Shown here: piece after piece, positions 22,871 through 38,124 of the stretch
How positions within the stretch are numbered: the stretch's first letter is position 1
How the letters are laid out: the number at the start of each line of letters is the position of its first letter
Source of the DNA: an uncultured Pseudomonadota bacterium
GTDB taxonomy: Bacteria; Pseudomonadota; Alphaproteobacteria; JACZXZ01
Assembly (NCBI GenBank): GCA_963749075.1
Contig: CAVVLJ010000021.1
Span: forward strand, 576,001-640,000
Length of the DNA: 64,000 nt
Direction: 5' to 3'
Made by a program: the position numbers and the translations under genes
The notes under the pieces: generated by a model
The model's database searches: none
What the model saw: the letters and a program-made list of their open reading frames with translations, nothing else
What the model was told of the DNA's origin: nothing

Positions 22871-24277
22871 ATGGCCGACCAGTACGACCTCGTCGTCATC
22901 GGCGGCGGCCCGGGCGGCTATGTCGCCGCCATCCGCGCCGCCCAGCTCGGCATGCGGGTAGCCTGCGTCGAGAAGCGCGGCACCCTCGGCGGCACCTGCC
23001 TCAACGTCGGATGCATTCCCTCGAAGGCGCTCCTGCAATCCTCCGAGAAGCTCGAGGAGGCGCGCCACGCCTTGGGCGTCCACGGCGTCAAGCTGAGCGG
23101 CGTCGAGCTCGACCTCGCCCAGATGATGGCGCAGAAGGAGAAGGTGGTCGGCGAGAACACGCGCGGCGTCGAGTTCCTCTTCCGCAAGCACAAGATCGCT
23201 TACGTGAAGGGCAGCGGCCGCATCGCGCGCGCGGGCCTCGTCGAGGCAGCACTCTCGGACGGCGGCAAGGCGGCGCTCGAGACGAAGAGCATCGTCATCG
23301 CCACGGGCTCGGACTCGACCCCCTTGCGCGGCGTCGAGGTGGACGAGAAGACCATCGTGAGCTCGACCGGCGCCCTCGCGCTCGCAGCGGTGCCGCAGCA
23401 TCTCGTGGTGGTGGGCGGCGGCTATATCGGGCTCGAGATGGGCTCGGTGTGGCGCCGCCTCGGCGCGCAAGTCACCGTCGTCGAGTTCCTCGAGCGCATC
23501 GTCCCCGGCATGGACTACGAGATCGGGCGGCAATTCCAGCGCCTCCTCGAGCGCCAGGGCTTCAAGTTCCGCCTGGCGACCAAGGTCGCCGCGGCGAAGG
23601 CGGGGAAAGACGGCGTGACACTGACCCTCGAGCCGGCGGCGGGAGGGGCGGCGGAGACGCTCGTCTGCGACCGCGTGCTGGTGGCGGTCGGCCGGCGCCC
23701 CTATACCGAGGGGCTCGGCCTCGAGGCCTGCGGCATCGCCCTCGACAACCGCGGCATGGTCCCGGTCGACGAGCATTTCGCGACGCGGCTGCCGGGCATC
23801 TACGCCATCGGCGACGTGATCCGCGGCCCCATGCTCGCCCACAAGGCGGAGGACGAGGGCATCGCCGTGGCCGAGACCATCGCCGGCCAGAAGGGCCACG
23901 TGAACTACGACGCGATCCCCGGCATCGTCTACACGTCGCCCGAGGTGGCGACCGTGGGCCAGAGCGAGGAGCAGCTCAAGGCCGCCGGCATCGCCTATAA
24001 GACCGGCAAGTTCCCCTTCACCGCAAACGCCCGCGCGCGCGCCATGGCGGCGACCGACGGCTTCGTCAAGATCCTGGCCGACGCCAAGAGCGACCGCGTG
24101 CTCGGCTGCCACATCCTCGGCCCCGACGCCGGCACGGTCATCCACGAGGTCGTCATGGCCATGGAGTTCGGCGCCTCGTCCGAGGACATCGCGCGCACCT
24201 GCCACGGCCACCCGACGCTGAATGAGGCGGTCAAGGAGGCGGCGCTCGCGGTGGCGGGACGGGCCATCCATATCTGA
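22871..24277 (+). CDS. lpdA: Dihydrolipoyl dehydrogenase
   Basis: GGTCLNVGCIPSK, HPTLNE. Confidence 0.98.
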   Translation: MADQYDLVVIGGGPGGYVAAIRAAQLGMRVACVEKRGTLGGTCLNVGCIPSKALLQSSEKLEEARHALGVHGVKLSGVELDLAQMMAQKEKVVGENTRGVEFLFRKHKIAYVKGSGRIARAGLVEAALSDGGKAALETKSIVIATGSDSTPLRGVEVDEKTIVSSTGALALAAVPQHLVVVGGGYIGLEMGSVWRRLGAQVTVVEFLERIVPGMDYEIGRQFQRLLERQGFKFRLATKVAAAKAGKDGVTLTLEPAAGGAAETLVCDRVLVAVGRRPYTEGLGLEACGIALDNRGMVPVDEHFATRLPGIYAIGDVIRGPMLAHKAEDEGIAVAETIAGQKGHVNYDAIPGIVYTSPEVATVGQSEEQLKAAGIAYKTGKFPFTANARARAMAATDGFVKILADAKSDRVLGCHILGPDAGTVIHEVVMAMEFGASSEDIARTCHGHPTLNEAVKEAALAVAGRAIHI

Positions 24278-24298
24278 GAGACGGCTCGCCACAAGGGC

Positions 24299-24991
24299 TC
24301 AGGCGTCCTTGACCTCCTCGATCGCCGGATGCCCCCGCCCTTGCCAACGGAAGCGGTAGGTTCCCGCTTTGCGTACGTTCATGACGAGCGCCGGCCGGAA
24401 AGAGGCGAGGCAAACGCCGCCGCGGCGGCGCACGCTCCCATAGACGATGCCGAGCGAGCCCGCCTCGAGGAGCCGCTCGGCCAGGTTCTGCGAGGCCACG
24501 TAGCTGTCCCGTGCCAGGCAATCGGCGAAGCGCCCGTCGCCGCGGATGTCGTGGAACTCGGCGCTGAAGTCTGCGAGGTAATCGTCGTAGGTCGCGGTCT
24601 CGTTCTGCCAACCGACTTCGGCGAGCTCGACCGACTTGTGGAACGCCACTTCGGCTTGCGCGGTCGCGCGCTCGAAAGCCGCATACCAGGCACCGCGCTC
24701 CGGCCCGTTGAAGCGGTTCCCGAGCGGATGGGCATGGCAGAAGGCGGCGTTGACGATGCGGTGGTACGGCACGCCGAACACGAGCTCGTCAATGCCGATG
24801 CCGGGCAAGAGGCCGTTCTCTGCAAGCAGGCGCTCGTCGGTGGCGTTGTCCAGTGCGAAAATGTCCTGGAGATGCGCGTCGTCGTCGGAAATGCGTGCGA
24901 GCACGCTCGCACCATCATCGCGGTATTTGGCGGGAACGAAGCGGTGCGTGTCGTTGCGGCGAACGAGCAAGGCGCGCGGCAGCGCCGTCAC
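24299..24991 (-). CDS. RES-domain toxin (NAD+ phosphorylase/ParT-MbcT-like)
   Basis: RFNGPERGAWYAA, AEVAFH, GIVY-SVR motifs. Confidence 0.85.
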   Translation of the reverse strand: MTALPRALLVRRNDTHRFVPAKYRDDGASVLARISDDDAHLQDIFALDNATDERLLAENGLLPGIGIDELVFGVPYHRIVNAAFCHAHPLGNRFNGPERGAWYAAFERATAQAEVAFHKSVELAEVGWQNETATYDDYLADFSAEFHDIRGDGRFADCLARDSYVASQNLAERLLEAGSLGIVYGSVRRRGGVCLASFRPALVMNVRKAGTYRFRWQGRGHPAIEEVKDA

Positions 24992-25425
24992 ACCCCGCCC
25001 CGCCGCGCATCCAACAGGCGCCGCACCGTCGCGAGAGCGGGAGTGCCGCCCTTCTTCATATAGGCGAGCGGGGTTTCGCCTCCGAATATCCTATTCGTGT
25101 TCGGAAGCTGCATCCAGGCATCGGCGAGCGCGTCGGAATAGAGAATGTTGAGCGCCTTGAAGATGCCGACGAGGTAGGAGATGCGCAGCAACCTGTCCTC
25201 GTCGAGGACGCGCACGGGGTTCCTTTTCATCTCGTAGAACGGCCCATTCGACATGCCGCCGAGCAGCGCCCGCGCATCCTCGTCGCGCACCCGCCAGCGT
25301 CTCATGATATTGAGGAAGGCCTTGATGGCAGCCGGACTCAAGCGCTCCCGCTCGGCCTTGGCGCCAAGGTCCACGAGCGGCGAAGGCGCGTAGCGGGTAG
25401 CCGGATAGCTGGGGTGGAAGGTCAT
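24988..25425 (-). CDS. Xre/MbcA/ParS antitoxin
   Basis: RISYLVGIFKAL, W---PN---FGG-TPL, VRRLLDARRG; 4-bp overlap with the RES gene. Confidence 0.88.
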   Translation of the reverse strand: MTFHPSYPATRYAPSPLVDLGAKAERERLSPAAIKAFLNIMRRWRVRDEDARALLGGMSNGPFYEMKRNPVRVLDEDRLLRISYLVGIFKALNILYSDALADAWMQLPNTNRIFGGETPLAYMKKGGTPALATVRRLLDARRGGV

Positions 25426-25569
25426 TGCGTCCTCCGTATCAGGATATATTAATTTCCTGATACGGAGTTATCAAGCCTCTTGGCTTGCCCCGGGGGCACG
25501 TTTCGCGGGTTCGCCTGAAGGCAGCAGATGATACGGTCTTACGCTATGTCGATCGATCGGAGCTTCGTA

Positions 25570-25788
25570 ATGCGATCCAAAATGACGGCCAAGTTGTCGG
25601 CCAAGTTCCAGATTTCCATTCCGAAGGCGGTGCGGGCTGCCCAGCACTGGCAGGCGGGGCAGGAATTCGCCTTCATTCCAAAGGGCGAAGGTGTGCTGCT
25701 CGTCCCGGTGCCGAAGCCGGAGGCTCTCGCCGGCTTGGCGCGCGGTGCCAAGCCGGTGGGCTATCGCGGCCGGGCGGACCGCATTTGA
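25570..25788 (+). CDS. AbrB/MazE/SpoVT-family antitoxin
   Basis: LSAKFQISIPKAVR motif. Confidence 0.85.
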   Translation: MRSKMTAKLSAKFQISIPKAVRAAQHWQAGQEFAFIPKGEGVLLVPVPKPEALAGLARGAKPVGYRGRADRI

Positions 25789-25830
25789 TACGGCTCGTCG
25801 ATACCTCAGCCTGGATCGAGCGGCTGAAAG
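25785..25830 (+). pseudogene. Truncated VapC (PIN) toxin N-terminus
   Basis: TTG start overlapping the antitoxin stop; IRLVDTSAWIE, after which homology stops. Confidence 0.7.
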
Positions 25831-25878
25831 CGGCAACGGTCATCCCGCAGCCGAAATCGCTCGCAAGATCGAGCGCCC

Positions 25879-26835
25879 CTATCCCCTCGCCCGCGGGTGC
25901 GACCGCTCGTAGACCGCGATGAGCTCCGTCGCATCGACCTCGGTGTAGCGCTGCGTCGTCGAGAGGGAGGCGTGGCCCAGGAGCTCCTGGATGGCGCGCA
26001 AATCTCCGCCGGCGGCGAGGAGGTGGGTGGCGAAGCTGTGGCGCAGCGCGTGGGGGGTCGCGGAATCGGGGAGGCCGATCCACGCGCGCAGCTTGCGCAT
26101 GCGGGCCTGGACGACCGCGGGGTCGAGAGCGCCGCCGCGGGCGCCGAGGAAGAGGGCGCCGCTCGGGCCGGGATCGTAGGGGCAGGCCGCGAGGTAGCGC
26201 AGAATCGCCTCGCGCACGACGGGGAGAACCGGCACGATGCGCTCCTTCCGCCCCTTGCCGAGGACGCGCAACGCGTCGCCCTGCGGCGCCTCGTGGCGCT
26301 TCAGGGCGAGCGCCTCGCCGATGCGCAGGCCGCAGCCGTAGAGGAGCGTCAGAAGGGCTGCGTCGCGCGCGGCGATCCACGGCACCTCCGAGAGCACGGC
26401 CGCCTTGTCGATGACCTCCGCCGCGTCGGCGACCGAGAGCGCCTTGGGCAGCGCGTGGGGCAGCTTGGGCGTGCGCACGGCGCGCACGGCGGCAGCGTCG
26501 GCGAGCCCGCGGCGCTCGCAGAAGCGGAAGAAGCTGCGCACCACCGAGAGTGCCCTCGCGCTCGAGCTCTTGGCGAGCCCGTCCGTCGTGCGCCGCGCGA
26601 GCCAGGCGCGGAAATCGGCCGTCCGCAGGTGCTGGAGCGCCGCAAGGCCGGGAAGCTCGCCCAAATGCTCGGCGAGGAAGGCGGTGAAGGCGGCCAAGTC
26701 GCGGCCATAGGCGTCGACCGTATGGAGCGAGGCGCGCCGCTCGTTGGCGAGCCAGCTCTGCCACTGCATGATGGCGGCGCGGAGGTCCGTGGCCGCGGTG
26801 AAAGCGCTTGCCGCTAGAGGGGCAGGTCGAGCCAT
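25879..26835 (-). CDS. xerC: Tyrosine recombinase XerC
   Basis: YGCGLRIGE, GKGRKER, TPHALRHSFATH, LGHASLSTTQRY; next to DUF484. Confidence 0.92.
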   Translation of the reverse strand: MARPAPLAASAFTAATDLRAAIMQWQSWLANERRASLHTVDAYGRDLAAFTAFLAEHLGELPGLAALQHLRTADFRAWLARRTTDGLAKSSSARALSVVRSFFRFCERRGLADAAAVRAVRTPKLPHALPKALSVADAAEVIDKAAVLSEVPWIAARDAALLTLLYGCGLRIGEALALKRHEAPQGDALRVLGKGRKERIVPVLPVVREAILRYLAACPYDPGPSGALFLGARGGALDPAVVQARMRKLRAWIGLPDSATPHALRHSFATHLLAAGGDLRAIQELLGHASLSTTQRYTEVDATELIAVYERSHPRARG

Positions 26836-27533
26836 GCGCGGATGCTGTGCTCGACCGCACGGGCGAGGAAGCCCAGGAGCTCGGTGCCCTGGCCGGGATG
26901 GAAGCGGCCCTCCTTGCGCGCGCCGAGGGCCAGGAGCCCGGTCGGCGTCGCCTCGCTGATCTTGAGGCGCAGCAAGGCGTCCGAGCGCACGAGGCTCGCT
27001 CCGCCGCCGAAGATGGCGCGCTCGCCGCGCACGCGTCCGCGCAGCAGCATCTCCCGCGCCGGGCCGATCAGGCGGTCGACGGCACCCTTGTCGAGCAGCC
27101 GCACGCCGGTGGTCTCGCAGCGCGGCGGCGGATTTGCCGAGGATTCGATGCAGAGCGCCGCCACGTCGAGGCCGAGGAAGACCGGCAGGTCGATGGTGAT
27201 GACCTGGATGAGGTGCTCGAAGCTCGCCGCCCCCATGAGCGCCAGCGCCGTGCGGTGGACGCGCGCCTGGCTCTTGAGGTTGAGGCGGGCGAGCGCCACC
27301 ATCTGCTGGCACTCCTCCTCGAGCTCGCGCGCGCGCCGCTTGAGGCGCTCGACCATGAAGCGCTGCAGGTCGACCACGCGGTCGCCGCTCTCGCGCTCGC
27401 GGTCGAGGAGCGGGGCCAGGAGTTCGGCATGCTCGGCGAGGAAGCCGCGGTGCGCGCGCAGGTAGGCGAGCACCTGGGCGTCGTCGATGCCGGTCTCGAG
27501 CTCGGCCTTGGCTTGTTCGTTAGGCTTTTGCAA
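26814..27533 (-). CDS. DUF484 family protein
   Basis: [26 protein letters not shown]; start uncertain. Confidence 0.85.
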   Translation of the reverse strand: MQKPNEQAKAELETGIDDAQVLAYLRAHRGFLAEHAELLAPLLDRERESGDRVVDLQRFMVERLKRRARELEEECQQMVALARLNLKSQARVHRTALALMGAASFEHLIQVITIDLPVFLGLDVAALCIESSANPPPRCETTGVRLLDKGAVDRLIGPAREMLLRGRVRGERAIFGGGASLVRSDALLRLKISEATPTGLLALGARKEGRFHPGQGTELLGFLARAVEHSIRAWLDLPL

Positions 27534-28212
27534 CGGCGCGCGGTCCCTGTTCGTGCCCGAGGATCGACTGCCCGGTCTTGGCCCAGTCGGCGAGGAATTG
27601 GGCGAGGCCCTTGTCGGTGAGCGGATGGTGGAAGAGCTGGCGCAGCACCTGCGGCGGCAGCGTCGCCACATGGGCGCCGAGCCGCGCCGCCTCCACCACG
27701 TGGAGAGGGCCGCGCACCGAGGCCACCAGCACCTCGGTCTTGAAGGCGGGATATTGCCGGTAGATCGCCACGATGTCGCGGATGAGCTCCATGCCCGGCT
27801 GGGCCACGTCGTCGAGGCGTCCCACGAAGGGCGAGACGAAGGAGGCCCCCGCCTTGGCCGCGAGGATCGCCTGGGCGGCCGAGAAGCAGAGCGTGACGTT
27901 CACCATGGTGCCCTCGTCGGCGAGGGCCTTGCAGGTCTTGAGCCCGTCCATCGTGAGGGGCACCTTGACCGCGACGTTCTTGGCGAGGCGCGCGAGCCGG
28001 CGGCCCTCGGCCAGCATGGTGGCGTGGTCGAGCGCCGTCACCTCGGCGCTCACCGGGCCGGGCACCACCGCGCAGATCTCCTGGATCACGTCGAAGAACT
28101 TTCTCCCCGACTTGGCGACGAGGGAGGGATTGGTGGTGACGCCGTCGAGGAGCCCCGTCGCGGCAAGCTCGCGGATCTCGCCCAAGTCCGCCGTGTCGAC
28201 GAAGAATTTCAT
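27520..28212 (-). CDS. fsa: Transaldolase/fructose-6-phosphate aldolase
   Basis: [29 protein letters not shown]. Confidence 0.93.
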   Translation of the reverse strand: MKFFVDTADLGEIRELAATGLLDGVTTNPSLVAKSGRKFFDVIQEICAVVPGPVSAEVTALDHATMLAEGRRLARLAKNVAVKVPLTMDGLKTCKALADEGTMVNVTLCFSAAQAILAAKAGASFVSPFVGRLDDVAQPGMELIRDIVAIYRQYPAFKTEVLVASVRGPLHVVEAARLGAHVATLPPQVLRQLFHHPLTDKGLAQFLADWAKTGQSILGHEQGPRAVAKA

Positions 28213-28277
28213 GGTAGCCGTGCTCCTCTGCCGTCCTCTGGTGCCGCCCTCGGGTCGCGGGTGCTAGTCTACATCCA

Positions 28278-30491
28278 ATGGCGCTCGAAAACACCATTGC
28301 GACGAAGCCGGCCCCCTTCGCTGAAAGGCTTGCGGTGCTGCTTCCCCTCCCGCTCAAGGGGGCCTACGATTACGGCGTGCCGCCGGCGCTGGTGATAGCA
28401 CCGGGCGATTTCGTGCGCGTGCCGCTCGGAAGCCGCGAGGCGATCGGCGTGGTATGGGGCGAAGCCGCGGGCGAGGTGTCGGCGCACAAGCTCAAAGCCA
28501 TCGCGGCCCGCCTCGAGGTCCCGCCGTTGCCTGAGGTGGAGCGCCGCTTCATCGACTGGGTCGCACGCTACACGCTGACGCCGCCGGGTGCGGTCTTGCG
28601 CATGGCGATGACGGCACCCGAGGCGCTGGAGCCGCCGCGGCCGACGCTCGCGTACGGGCGAACGGCGTTGGAGCCGGAGACGCTCGGCCGGCGGCTCACG
28701 CCCGGGCGCGCGCGCGTGCTGGCGCTCCTCGAGGGCGGCCCCCCGCGCGCCCTCCGCGAGCTCGCGCGCGAGGCGGGCGTCGGCCCCGCCGTGATCAAGG
28801 GCCTCATCAAGGCAGGTGCTCTCGAGGCGCTTGAGCTCAAGCCGCCCGCTCCCTTCGCCGAGCCCGATCTGGCACGGCCGGGCGTGCCGCTCTCGTCCGA
28901 CCAGGCGGCGGCGGCGGCGGCCTTGCGCGCGCGCGTAGCCCGCGGCGGCTTCAGCGTGACGCTCCTCGATGGCGTCACCGGCTCGGGCAAGACCGAGGTC
29001 TATCTCGAGGCCGTCGCGGCAGCGCTCGCCGCCGGCCGCCAGGCCCTTGTGCTGGTGCCCGAGATCGCACTCACGCAACAGTGGCTCGCGCGCTTCGCGC
29101 GGCGCTTCGGCGTGGCACCGGCCGCCTGGCACTCGGAGCTCTCCTCGGCCGAGCGGCGCACGGCCTGGCGCGCCGTGGCGGAGGGCCGCGCCAAGGCGCT
29201 GGTGGGTGCCCGCTCGGCGCTCTTCCTCCCCTTCCCGGATCTCGGCCTCATCGTCGTCGACGAGGAGCACGACGCCTCCTTCAAGCAGGAGGAGGGCGTC
29301 ATCTATCACGCCCGCGACATGGCGGTGGTGCGTGGGCGCCTCGCCGCTCACGCGGTGGTGCTCGCCTCGGCGACGCCCTCCCTCGAGACGCTCGAGAACG
29401 TGCGCCAGGGCCGCTACGAGGTGGCGCACCTCAAGGACCGCCACGGCGGCGCTGCACTTCCCGAGATCGCGGTCGTCGACATGCGCCACGAGAGCCCCGG
29501 GCGCCAGTCCTGGCTCTCGGCAAGCCTGCGCCAGGCCCTCGCCGAGACGCTTCGGCAGGGCGAGCAGGCCATGCTCTTCCTCAATCGCCGCGGCTATGCG
29601 CCCCTCACGCTCTGCCGGCACTGCGGGCACCGCATGCGCTGCCCGCACTGCTCGGCCTGGCTCGTCGAGCATCGCCTGCTCGGGCGCCTGCAATGCCACC
29701 ATTGCGGCCTGGCCACGGGCGTGCCGGGCACGTGCCCCGCCTGCGCAGCCGCCCAGAGCTTCGTCGCCTGCGGCCCGGGCATCGAGCGCCTGGCCGAGGA
29801 GGTGTCGGCACTCCATCCCGAGGCGCGCGTCGCCATCGTGGCGAGCGACACGCTCGGCGGGCCGGCGGAGATCGCCGAGCTCATCCGCCGCGTCGAGAGC
29901 CGCGAGATCGACGTGCTCATCGGCACCCAGATCGTGGCCAAGGGCCACCATTTCCCCATGCTCACGCTCGTCGGCGTCGTCGACGCCGACCTCGGGCTCG
30001 ACGGCGGCGAGCTGCGCGCGGCCGAGCGCACCTACCAGCTCCTCTCGCAAGTGGCGGGCCGCGCCGGGCGCGAGCTGCGGCCGGGCCGCGTTCTCTTGCA
30101 GACCTACCGCCCGGATCATCCGGTGATGGCCGCACTCGCGGCGGGCGACCGCGAGGGCTTCCTCGCCGCCGAGGCGGCCGAGCGGAAGAAGGCGGGCTGG
30201 CCGCCCTTCGGCCGGCTCGCGGCGCTCATCCTGGCGAGCCGCGACGAGGCGGCGGTCGACGCCACCGCGCGCGTTTTCGGACGCACGGCACCGCGCGGCG
30301 CGGGCATCGAGGTGCTGGGCCCGGCGCCGGCGCCGCTCGCCCTTCTGCGCGGCCGCTTCCGCCGCCGCCTCCTCCTCAAGGCCGCGCGCTCGGTCAACGT
30401 CCAGGCCGCTCTCGCCGGCTGGCTCGCCAAGGTCAAGGTGCCCTCGGCCGTGCGCGTGCAGGTGGACGTGGATCCCCAGAGCTTCCTTTAG
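28278..30491 (+). CDS. priA: Primosomal protein N'
   Basis: [20 protein letters not shown] and two Cys clusters. Confidence 0.97.
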   Translation: MALENTIATKPAPFAERLAVLLPLPLKGAYDYGVPPALVIAPGDFVRVPLGSREAIGVVWGEAAGEVSAHKLKAIAARLEVPPLPEVERRFIDWVARYTLTPPGAVLRMAMTAPEALEPPRPTLAYGRTALEPETLGRRLTPGRARVLALLEGGPPRALRELAREAGVGPAVIKGLIKAGALEALELKPPAPFAEPDLARPGVPLSSDQAAAAAALRARVARGGFSVTLLDGVTGSGKTEVYLEAVAAALAAGRQALVLVPEIALTQQWLARFARRFGVAPAAWHSELSSAERRTAWRAVAEGRAKALVGARSALFLPFPDLGLIVVDEEHDASFKQEEGVIYHARDMAVVRGRLAAHAVVLASATPSLETLENVRQGRYEVAHLKDRHGGAALPEIAVVDMRHESPGRQSWLSASLRQALAETLRQGEQAMLFLNRRGYAPLTLCRHCGHRMRCPHCSAWLVEHRLLGRLQCHHCGLATGVPGTCPACAAAQSFVACGPGIERLAEEVSALHPEARVAIVASDTLGGPAEIAELIRRVESREIDVLIGTQIVAKGHHFPMLTLVGVVDADLGLDGGELRAAERTYQLLSQVAGRAGRELRPGRVLLQTYRPDHPVMAALAAGDREGFLAAEAAERKKAGWPPFGRLAALILASRDEAAVDATARVFGRTAPRGAGIEVLGPAPAPLALLRGRFRRRLLLKAARSVNVQAALAGWLAKVKVPSAVRVQVDVDPQSFL

Positions 30492-30546
30492 CGCGTGTTT
30501 TGCCGAATAATGCCGCCCGGGCAGCGTGGCGACGGGGGAGGTCCAG

Positions 30547-31716
30547 GTGAACGCAACGATCGGCAATGGTTCCCTCGACGAGGAGATCGTCGCCATCCGG
30601 CACGACATCCACCGCCATCCCGAGCTCGCCTACGAGGAGACGCGGACGAGCGATCTCGTGGCCGAGCGCCTCGCCGCCTGGGGCTACGAGGTGCACCGCG
30701 GCCTCGGCAAGACCGGCGTGGTCGGCACCTTGCGGCTCGGCTCCGGCGCGCGCTGCCTGGGCCTGCGCGCCGACATGGATGCGCTCCCCATCCACGAGAC
30801 GACCAACCTCCCTTACGCCAGCGTCAACCCCGGCAAGATGCACGCCTGCGGCCATGACGGCCATACGGCGATGCTGCTGGGTGCGGCCAAGCGGCTCGCC
30901 GAGAGGTGCTGCTTCGACGGCACCCTCCATCTCATCTTTCAGCCGGCCGAGGAGGGCCAGGCGGGCGCCAAGAAGATGATCGAGGACGGCCTCTTCCGCC
31001 TCTTCCCCTGCGATGCGGTCTACGGCATGCACAACATGCCGGGCTATCCCGAGGGCAAGCTCGTCTTCCGGCCCGGCCCCTTCATGGCCTCGGCCGACCG
31101 CTTCGAGATCACCATCGAAGGCACGGGCGGCCACGGCGCCATGCCGCACAAGGCGATCGATCCCGTGGTGGTGGCCGCCAGCACGGTCATGGCGCTGCAG
31201 ACGGTCGTCGCGCGCAACGTCGATCCGCAGGAGTCGGCGGTGATCACGGTCGGTGCGATCAAGGCCGGCGAGGCGGCGAACGTCATCCCCGGCGAGGCCG
31301 AGATGCGCCTCACCGTGCGGGCGCTCGACCCCAAGGTGCGCGTGCTCCTGCGCGAGCGCATCGCGGCACTCGTGAAGGCGCAGGCCGAGAGCTTCGGGGC
31401 CGTGGCGCGCGTCCGCTTCCGCGAGGGCTATCCGGTCCTGGTCAACCACGAGAAGGAGACCGCCTTCGCCGCGGCGGTGGCGACCGAGCTCGTCGGCGCC
31501 GAGAACGTGGTGCGCGACCCCGTGCCGCTCATGGGCAGCGAGGACTTCGCCTTCATGCTCGAGGAGCGCCCGGGCGCCTATCTCCTTATCGGCAACGGCG
31601 CGGGCGAGGGGAGCTGCATGGTGCACAACGCCGGCTACGACTTCAACGACCGCTGCATCGCCATCGGCAGCCGCTACTGGGTGCACCTCGCCGAGCGCTA
31701 TCTCGCGAAGGGGTAA
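30547..31716 (+). CDS. M20D amidohydrolase (hippurate hydrolase-like)
   Basis: RADMDALP, MHACGHDGH, FQPAEE, SEDF. Confidence 0.93.
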   Translation: MNATIGNGSLDEEIVAIRHDIHRHPELAYEETRTSDLVAERLAAWGYEVHRGLGKTGVVGTLRLGSGARCLGLRADMDALPIHETTNLPYASVNPGKMHACGHDGHTAMLLGAAKRLAERCCFDGTLHLIFQPAEEGQAGAKKMIEDGLFRLFPCDAVYGMHNMPGYPEGKLVFRPGPFMASADRFEITIEGTGGHGAMPHKAIDPVVVAASTVMALQTVVARNVDPQESAVITVGAIKAGEAANVIPGEAEMRLTVRALDPKVRVLLRERIAALVKAQAESFGAVARVRFREGYPVLVNHEKETAFAAAVATELVGAENVVRDPVPLMGSEDFAFMLEERPGAYLLIGNGAGEGSCMVHNAGYDFNDRCIAIGSRYWVHLAERYLAKG

Positions 31717-34092
<2,376 letters not shown>

Positions 34093-34133
34093 GGCGAGCG
34101 CGTGTCCTTTTCCAGCGGATCGCACGCGTCATA

Positions 34134-34233
34134 CCCCCCTCCCCGCCCTCCCCCTCAAGGGGGGAGGGGGATATCTCGTCGATTGCCGCGCCATCTCCCC
34201 TCCCCCCTTGAGGGGGAGGGTAGGGTGGGGGGC
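34134..34233. repeat. REP-like extragenic palindrome pair
   Basis: Same motif as 18511-18608, between atpA and atpG. Confidence 0.85.
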
Positions 34234-34262
34234 GAACCGACCGGCGAAAGGCGTCGCTAAGC

Positions 34263-35165
34263 ATGCCGAGCCTGAAGAGCCTCCGACTGCGCATCGTCAG
34301 CGTCAAGCAGACGCGCAAGATCACCTCCGCCATGAAGATGGTGGCGGCGGCCAAGCTGCGCCGCGCGCAGGAGACGGCGGAGGCGGCGCGCCCCTATGCC
34401 GAGCGCATGGAGGCGGTGGTGGCGGGCCTGGCGGCGAGCATGGCGGGCCGCCCGGGCGCCCCGCCCTTGCTGGTCGGCACGGGCAAGGCGGACGTCCAGC
34501 TGGTCGTCGTCATGACCGCCGACCGCGGGCTCTGCGGCAGCTTCAACTCCTCGATCGTGCGCGAGGCGCGGCGGGTCATCCGCGCGCGCCTGGAGAAGGG
34601 CCAGAGCGTCAAGATACTCTGCATCGGCCGCAAGGGGCGCGACCAGCTGCGCCGCGACTACGGCTCGCTCATCGTCGATACGGTGCAGGACATCGCGCGC
34701 CCGCGCGTCACCTTCGCCGCGGCGGATGCGGTCGGCCGGCGCATCGCCGGCATGTTCAAGGCCGGCGAGTTCGACGGCTGCACCATCGTCTACAACAAGT
34801 TCAAGAGCGCCATGACGCAGCTCGTGACGCGCCAGCAGATCATCCCCTTCGCGGCCGAGGCCGAGGGCAAGGCCGAGGCGAAAGGCGGGGAGACGGCCGC
34901 GGCGGGCGGTGCGGTCTACGAGTACGAGCCCGAGGAGGAGGACATCCTCGCCGCTCTCCTGCCGCGCAACCTCGCGGTGCAGCTCTTCAAGGCCCTCCTC
35001 GAGAACAACGCGAGCGAGCAGGGTGCGCGCATGACCGCGATGGACAACGCCACGCGCAACGCGGGCGACATGATCAACAAGCTGACGCTCAACTACAACC
35101 GCACGCGCCAGGCGGCCATCACCAGGGAACTCATCGAGATCATCTCGGGCGCCGAGGCGGTGTGA
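34263..35165 (+). CDS. atpG: ATP synthase F1 gamma
   Basis: [29 protein letters not shown]. Confidence 0.98.
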   Translation: MPSLKSLRLRIVSVKQTRKITSAMKMVAAAKLRRAQETAEAARPYAERMEAVVAGLAASMAGRPGAPPLLVGTGKADVQLVVVMTADRGLCGSFNSSIVREARRVIRARLEKGQSVKILCIGRKGRDQLRRDYGSLIVDTVQDIARPRVTFAAADAVGRRIAGMFKAGEFDGCTIVYNKFKSAMTQLVTRQQIIPFAAEAEGKAEAKGGETAAAGGAVYEYEPEEEDILAALLPRNLAVQLFKALLENNASEQGARMTAMDNATRNAGDMINKLTLNYNRTRQAAITRELIEIISGAEAV

Positions 35166-36626
<1,461 letters not shown>

Positions 36627-36628
36627 GC

Positions 36629-37036
36629 ATGCCCGAGAGATTGCGCTTCGAGCTCGTGAGCCCCGAGCGCCTCTTGCGCTCGGAGGAGGTCGAGATGGTG
36701 GTGGTGCCCGGGAGCGAGGGCAACTTCGCCGCCATGCCGCGCCATGCCCCGCTCCTCGCCGCCCTCCGCCCCGGCATCCTCGACATCTACGAGGGGCGGA
36801 CGGTTAAGGCGCGCTACTTCGTCTCGGGCGGCTACGCCGAGGTCACCCCCGAGCGCTGCACGGTGCTCGCCGAGGAGGCGATGCCGCTCGCCGAGCTCGA
36901 GCGCGAGGCGCTCGAGGCGGCGCTCAAGGACCTGCGCGAGGACCTCGAGGACGCGGGAGACGCGGAGGCGCGCGCGCTCGCTCTTCAGCGCATCGCCGTG
37001 GCCGAGGCCAAGCTCGGCGCCATTGCCCGGCGATAA
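36629..37036 (+). CDS. atpC: ATP synthase F1 epsilon
   Basis: FELVSPE, HAP, SGGYAEV. Confidence 0.96.
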   Translation: MPERLRFELVSPERLLRSEEVEMVVVPGSEGNFAAMPRHAPLLAALRPGILDIYEGRTVKARYFVSGGYAEVTPERCTVLAEEAMPLAELEREALEAALKDLREDLEDAGDAEARALALQRIAVAEAKLGAIARR

Positions 37037-37146
37037 CCTACGGGAACTAATGCGATAATCGCGCCGGAACGCCCTTGCCATGGGGGCTCCGGAGGGTCAT
37101 ATAATGGTGCCGCGAACCGTGCTGTAGGAGGCGTTGCAGGGCCGCC

Positions 37147-37965
37147 ATGGCGCATTGGACGCTCGACGACATCCCGTGGGAGCGCTTCGCGGCCTCGAAG
37201 GTCGACGGCGAGCTCCTCAAGATCGTGAAGGCGGCGAGCTTGGTCGAGCATAACGGCTACGAATACGCGCGCTATCTCGAGCACGTCTTCGCCGACGACG
37301 CCGAGTTCAAGGACGCCGCCTGGGCCTGGGCGCGCGAGGAGGTGCAGCACGGTGCCGCACTCGCGCGCTGGGCGAAGATCGCCGACCCCGCCTTCGACTT
37401 CGACGCGGCCTTCGCGCTTTTCGCCGCCAAGATCAAGCTGCCGACCGGGCAGCCCCGCTCCGTGCGCGGCACCCGTGCCGGCGAGCTCGTCGCGCGCTGC
37501 GTCGTCGAGGTCGGCACCAGCTCCTACTACACCGCCCTCGCCGCGGCGGCGGAGGAGCCGGTCCTCCACGAGATCTGCAAGCGCATCGCCGCCGACGAGC
37601 TGCGCCACTACAAGCTCTTCTACGGCCACCTCAAGACCTACCTCGCGCGCGAGCGCATCGGTCCCTTGCGCCGCGTGCTCGTGGCCTTGGGCCGCGTCTT
37701 CGAGAGCGAGGACGACGAGCTCGCCTTCGCCTACTACGCGGCGAACCACGCGGGCGAGAGGCCCTATGACCGCAAGTACTACGGTGCCGCCTACGCGCGC
37801 CGCGCCTACGCCTTCTACCGCCCGGGCCACGTGGAGCGCGCCGTCGCCATGACCTTGAAGGCGGTGGGCCTGAAGCCGCAAGGGCTGCTCAGCCGCTCGC
37901 TCTCCCGCCTCGCCGCCCGGTTCATGGCGCACCGGTTGGCCAAGCTCGCGCGCGCGGGGGTGTGA
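37147..37965 (+). CDS. Ferritin-like di-iron protein
   Basis: EEVQH and DELRH ExxH motifs. Confidence 0.85.
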   Translation: MAHWTLDDIPWERFAASKVDGELLKIVKAASLVEHNGYEYARYLEHVFADDAEFKDAAWAWAREEVQHGAALARWAKIADPAFDFDAAFALFAAKIKLPTGQPRSVRGTRAGELVARCVVEVGTSSYYTALAAAAEEPVLHEICKRIAADELRHYKLFYGHLKTYLARERIGPLRRVLVALGRVFESEDDELAFAYYAANHAGERPYDRKYYGAAYARRAYAFYRPGHVERAVAMTLKAVGLKPQGLLSRSLSRLAARFMAHRLAKLARAGV

Positions 37966-38016
37966 GGGGCGGGAAGAGCCCGAGCCTTCCGGCGCTCGCG
38001 CGGGCCGTCCTTCAAT

Positions 38017-38105
38017 TTCCCCCTCTCCCCCTTCCTTCAGGGGGAGAGGGTTGCGGAGGGTTGGCGAGGCGAAGCCGAGCCCTACCCGAAGCTGGGTGAG
38101 GGGGC
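38017..38105. repeat. REP-like palindrome variant
   Basis: CCCCTCTCCCC...GGGGAGAGGG...GGGTGAGGGG. Confidence 0.7.
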
Positions 38106-38124
38106 AGCAGTCGACTCAGACGAG

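Noticed and set aside
23976-23990. 15-nt match of CRISPR spacer 1 to lpdA
   Set aside because: The flank is AGC rather than a TTN PAM, and the sequence is a common GC-rich codon string; probably chance.
25879-26835. Tyrosine recombinase as a mobile-element integrase
   Set aside because: DUF484-xerC context and sequence fit housekeeping XerC; no att sites or cargo seen.
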